DNA of 63,872 nucleotides, from NCBI RefSeq assembly GCF_000002075.1, contig NW_004797471.1, forward strand, positions 67,103-130,974, in the 5' to 3' direction. Source of the DNA: Aplysia californica (lineage: Eukaryota). Shown here piece after piece: positions 62,270 to 63,872 of the stretch; the first letter of the stretch is position 1; each line of letters begins with the position of its first letter. The position numbers and the translations under genes were made by a program. Below the pieces are notes generated by a model. The model was not told the origin of the DNA. It did no database searches and was given only the letters and a program-made list of their open reading frames with translations.

Positions 62270-63557
62270 NNNNNNNNNNNNNNNNNNNNNNNNNNNNNNN
62301 NNNNNNNNNNNNNNNNNNNNNNNNNNNNNNNNNNNNNNNNNNNNNNNNNNNNNNNNNNNNNNNNNNNNNNNNNNNNNNNNNNNNNNNNNNNNNNNNNNNN
62401 NNNNNNNNNNNNNNNNNNNNNNNNNNNNNNNNNNNNNNNNNNNNNNNNNNNNNNNNNNNNNNNNNNNNNNNNNNNNNNNNNNNNNNNNNNNNNNTCTTAA
62501 AGCCTTTTCGTTTGTCTTGCTTTCAATGAAAAAATTACCCATCCATCTTCAATAGAAGTGGAGATATTTTGGATTGAAGGAGGTGCGGGAGTGGTTTAAG
62601 ATGTAAAATTAGCGAGAAAATGGCCGCCAAAACTTGGTAAATTCCAAAGCTGGAGAGTCCATGGAAACTGTAAATTTATATTTTAGTGCCTTTAATCAAC
62701 GTTTTCGGTGAAATCCTCAAAGGAATGTGTTTGTAAATAGACATAAAAGGTGTTGAGCCAAAAACAAAAAAATTGATAAAAATTGCTGAGCAGGGAGAAA
62801 ACTGCCGTTTTCTTCGATTTCATTGTTTTGACGAGAGCCTGATTCCACCACGCTGAATCACATATGATGCGTCTCCTTTGGCATATCTTGAAGCACCATT
62901 TTTTGTGAGTTGCGTGTACCGCTGTTTGTGGACTAACTAATTATGCTGTCCCCGTCGTTTTATGCAGGAAACATTCTGAAATCATGCAAACTGAGCCCAA
63001 AAATTTGACATTATGCGATTCTGTTAATTTTAACAAAGAATGATAAAAGAAAATAATAAGAAATTATGCAAAAAATGATCAAATTTTATTAAATTATGCG
63101 GGGTGCATAAAACCACAGGGATAGATTACGGTAAAGCTGGCCACCGTATCACACAGAAAACGAGAGTTCGATTCCCTAGTGGGAAATGATTTTTTTTTTT
63201 TGGGGGGGGGGGTATTTTTCAATTTATCGAGTATTCCCTAACTGTTTGCTACGATGTTGTATCCCACCCAGCCCACACTGGTCTTGACGGGAAGTGTTGG
63301 ATAATCCCGCTTTCAATTCAAATGATCTAAATGACATCAGAAGGTGTGTGTGTGGGGGGGGGGGCGTAAAACACTTACAAATACAACTACATTATTATAG
63401 AATTGTAATATGCATGACGTTGAGTATATCCCGAGTACAGTGTCCACTCACCTCCACAAAGCTGGGAACATACTGACCACTCTGACCACTCGCCAAAGCC
63501 TTGTCCATCAAAGACCTCTATACCCGGGAACGGGTAGAGCGATCCGGCGCCAAAATC
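56190..63557 (-). CDS. Thrombospondin type-1 repeat (TSR) protein, C-terminal part with 3 TSRs; 5' end outside the window
   Basis: Minus-strand exons: 63557-63452 (DFGAGSLYPFPGIEVFDGQGFGEWSEWSVCSQLCG), 61695-61600 (GGVSTRSRDCGDPQGCGGPGFESVPCNEEQCI), one exon inferred in gap 59853-60810, 59722-59633 (GGVKTRTRECTKQPCNEPTSQEAACNEQDC), 57588-57529 (PIDGGVGEWGDWSPCSRSCG), 56882-56769 (DGERTRYRFCDNPAPDHGGRDCGEGDLTQTEECGQQLC) and 56215-56190 (DCITTETP*). WxxWxxCSxxCG and RxRxC motifs present. The visible downstream introns are all phase 1 and GT-AG. Confidence 0.85.
58103..58337 (-). mobile_element. tRNA-derived SINE (family S3); related copy at 37935-38160 (+)
   Basis: Reverse strand has a tRNA-like head (TAATCTAGTGGTTAGG...GGATTCGAGAC), CORE-like GTTGTGTCCTTGGGAAAG, then GACTCAGTC..GGAGA...AGGTCC and tail GTTGTAATGGGCGTTAAAC. 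Confidence 0.65.
58880..59650. repeat. Degenerate ~30-35-bp minisatellite (ACTTACGACAGTCTTGCTCAAAACATTAC-like)
   Basis: About a dozen diverged units. The last unit overlaps the exon end and donor of the TSR exon 59722-59633. Confidence 0.8.
59279..59504. mobile_element. 226-bp MITE with an inferred 4-bp TSD (Sola-like)
   Basis: 12-bp TIR CTGCCGTGCCAA / TTGGCACGGCAG with TTTT on both sides. A neighbouring repeat unit (GACATTTTTGCTCAG, ~59209) shows the empty site. Confidence 0.7.
61005..61285 (-). mobile_element. L2-type LINE ORF2 C-terminal fragment
   Basis: Peptide remnants NITPMLRTLHWLSV, RSFAHLAPSIWNSLPLPLR and KTHL-like. Confidence 0.7.
61962..62060. repeat. 20-bp degenerate tandem repeat, ~5 copies
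   Basis: Units like AAGTGTGAAATAGGTCAAGT. Confidence 0.7.
62495..62864 (+). mobile_element. Family A TIR element, left end lost in a gap
   Basis: Ends ttgacgagagcctgattccaccacgctgaatcacata; internal homology to the other copies. Confidence 0.8.
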
Positions 63558-63872
63558 CTGATAAGAGACAGCAAGTTATAAGAGACATTGGTATATTTAT
63601 AATGTTTTAAACTGATCTTTCAATACTATGATACGGTCAAAACGATATGGGTATTTTTAGTACTAAAGATCAATAATTTCTTTTTTCTTTTTACTGCAAT
63701 TCAATTTATATTGTTGATTGATTTTTAAAGATATTTTATTGTTAACTTAATTTTTTGAATTTATTTTATAAATATTTTTGATTGATTGACTGATTGATTG
63801 ACTGATTGCTTGAGGGGCGGGTGTGGTTTTCAAATAAACAAAATCGGATGGAATTGGTCAACCATGTGACTA

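Overview
This is eukaryotic animal genomic DNA from a gapped draft assembly. It is AT-rich, has GT-AG introns and is dense in microsatellites and SINE/MITE repeats. The repeat landscape suggests an invertebrate such as a gastropod mollusc, but that is inference. Splicing exons by hand gave three complete + strand genes: HDHD3/Reg-2-like HAD hydrolase (4 coding exons, 249 aa), an FMO5-like flavin-containing monooxygenase (8 coding exons, 537 aa), and RNA polymerase I subunit RPA12/POLR1H (4 coding exons, 135 aa, absent from the ORF track). On the - strand are the 3' part of a thrombospondin type-1 repeat (TSR) gene, convergent with POLR1H, and probable 5' exons of another gene running off the left edge. 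Mobile DNA includes a 5'-truncated RTE LINE with a 12-bp target-site duplication (TSD) and two nested DNA transposons, 7 copies of a ~440-bp terminal-inverted-repeat (TIR) element, several tRNA-derived SINE families and L2/RTE fragments. The most unusual observations are 37-49-bp hairpin-only elements with perfect 8-bp TSDs, TCTAGA/AGATCT patches clustered at each inferred promoter, a minisatellite built from a splice donor, and a candidate alternative last TSR exon that would overlap POLR1H antisense. I found no prokaryote-style system such as CRISPR or an operon.
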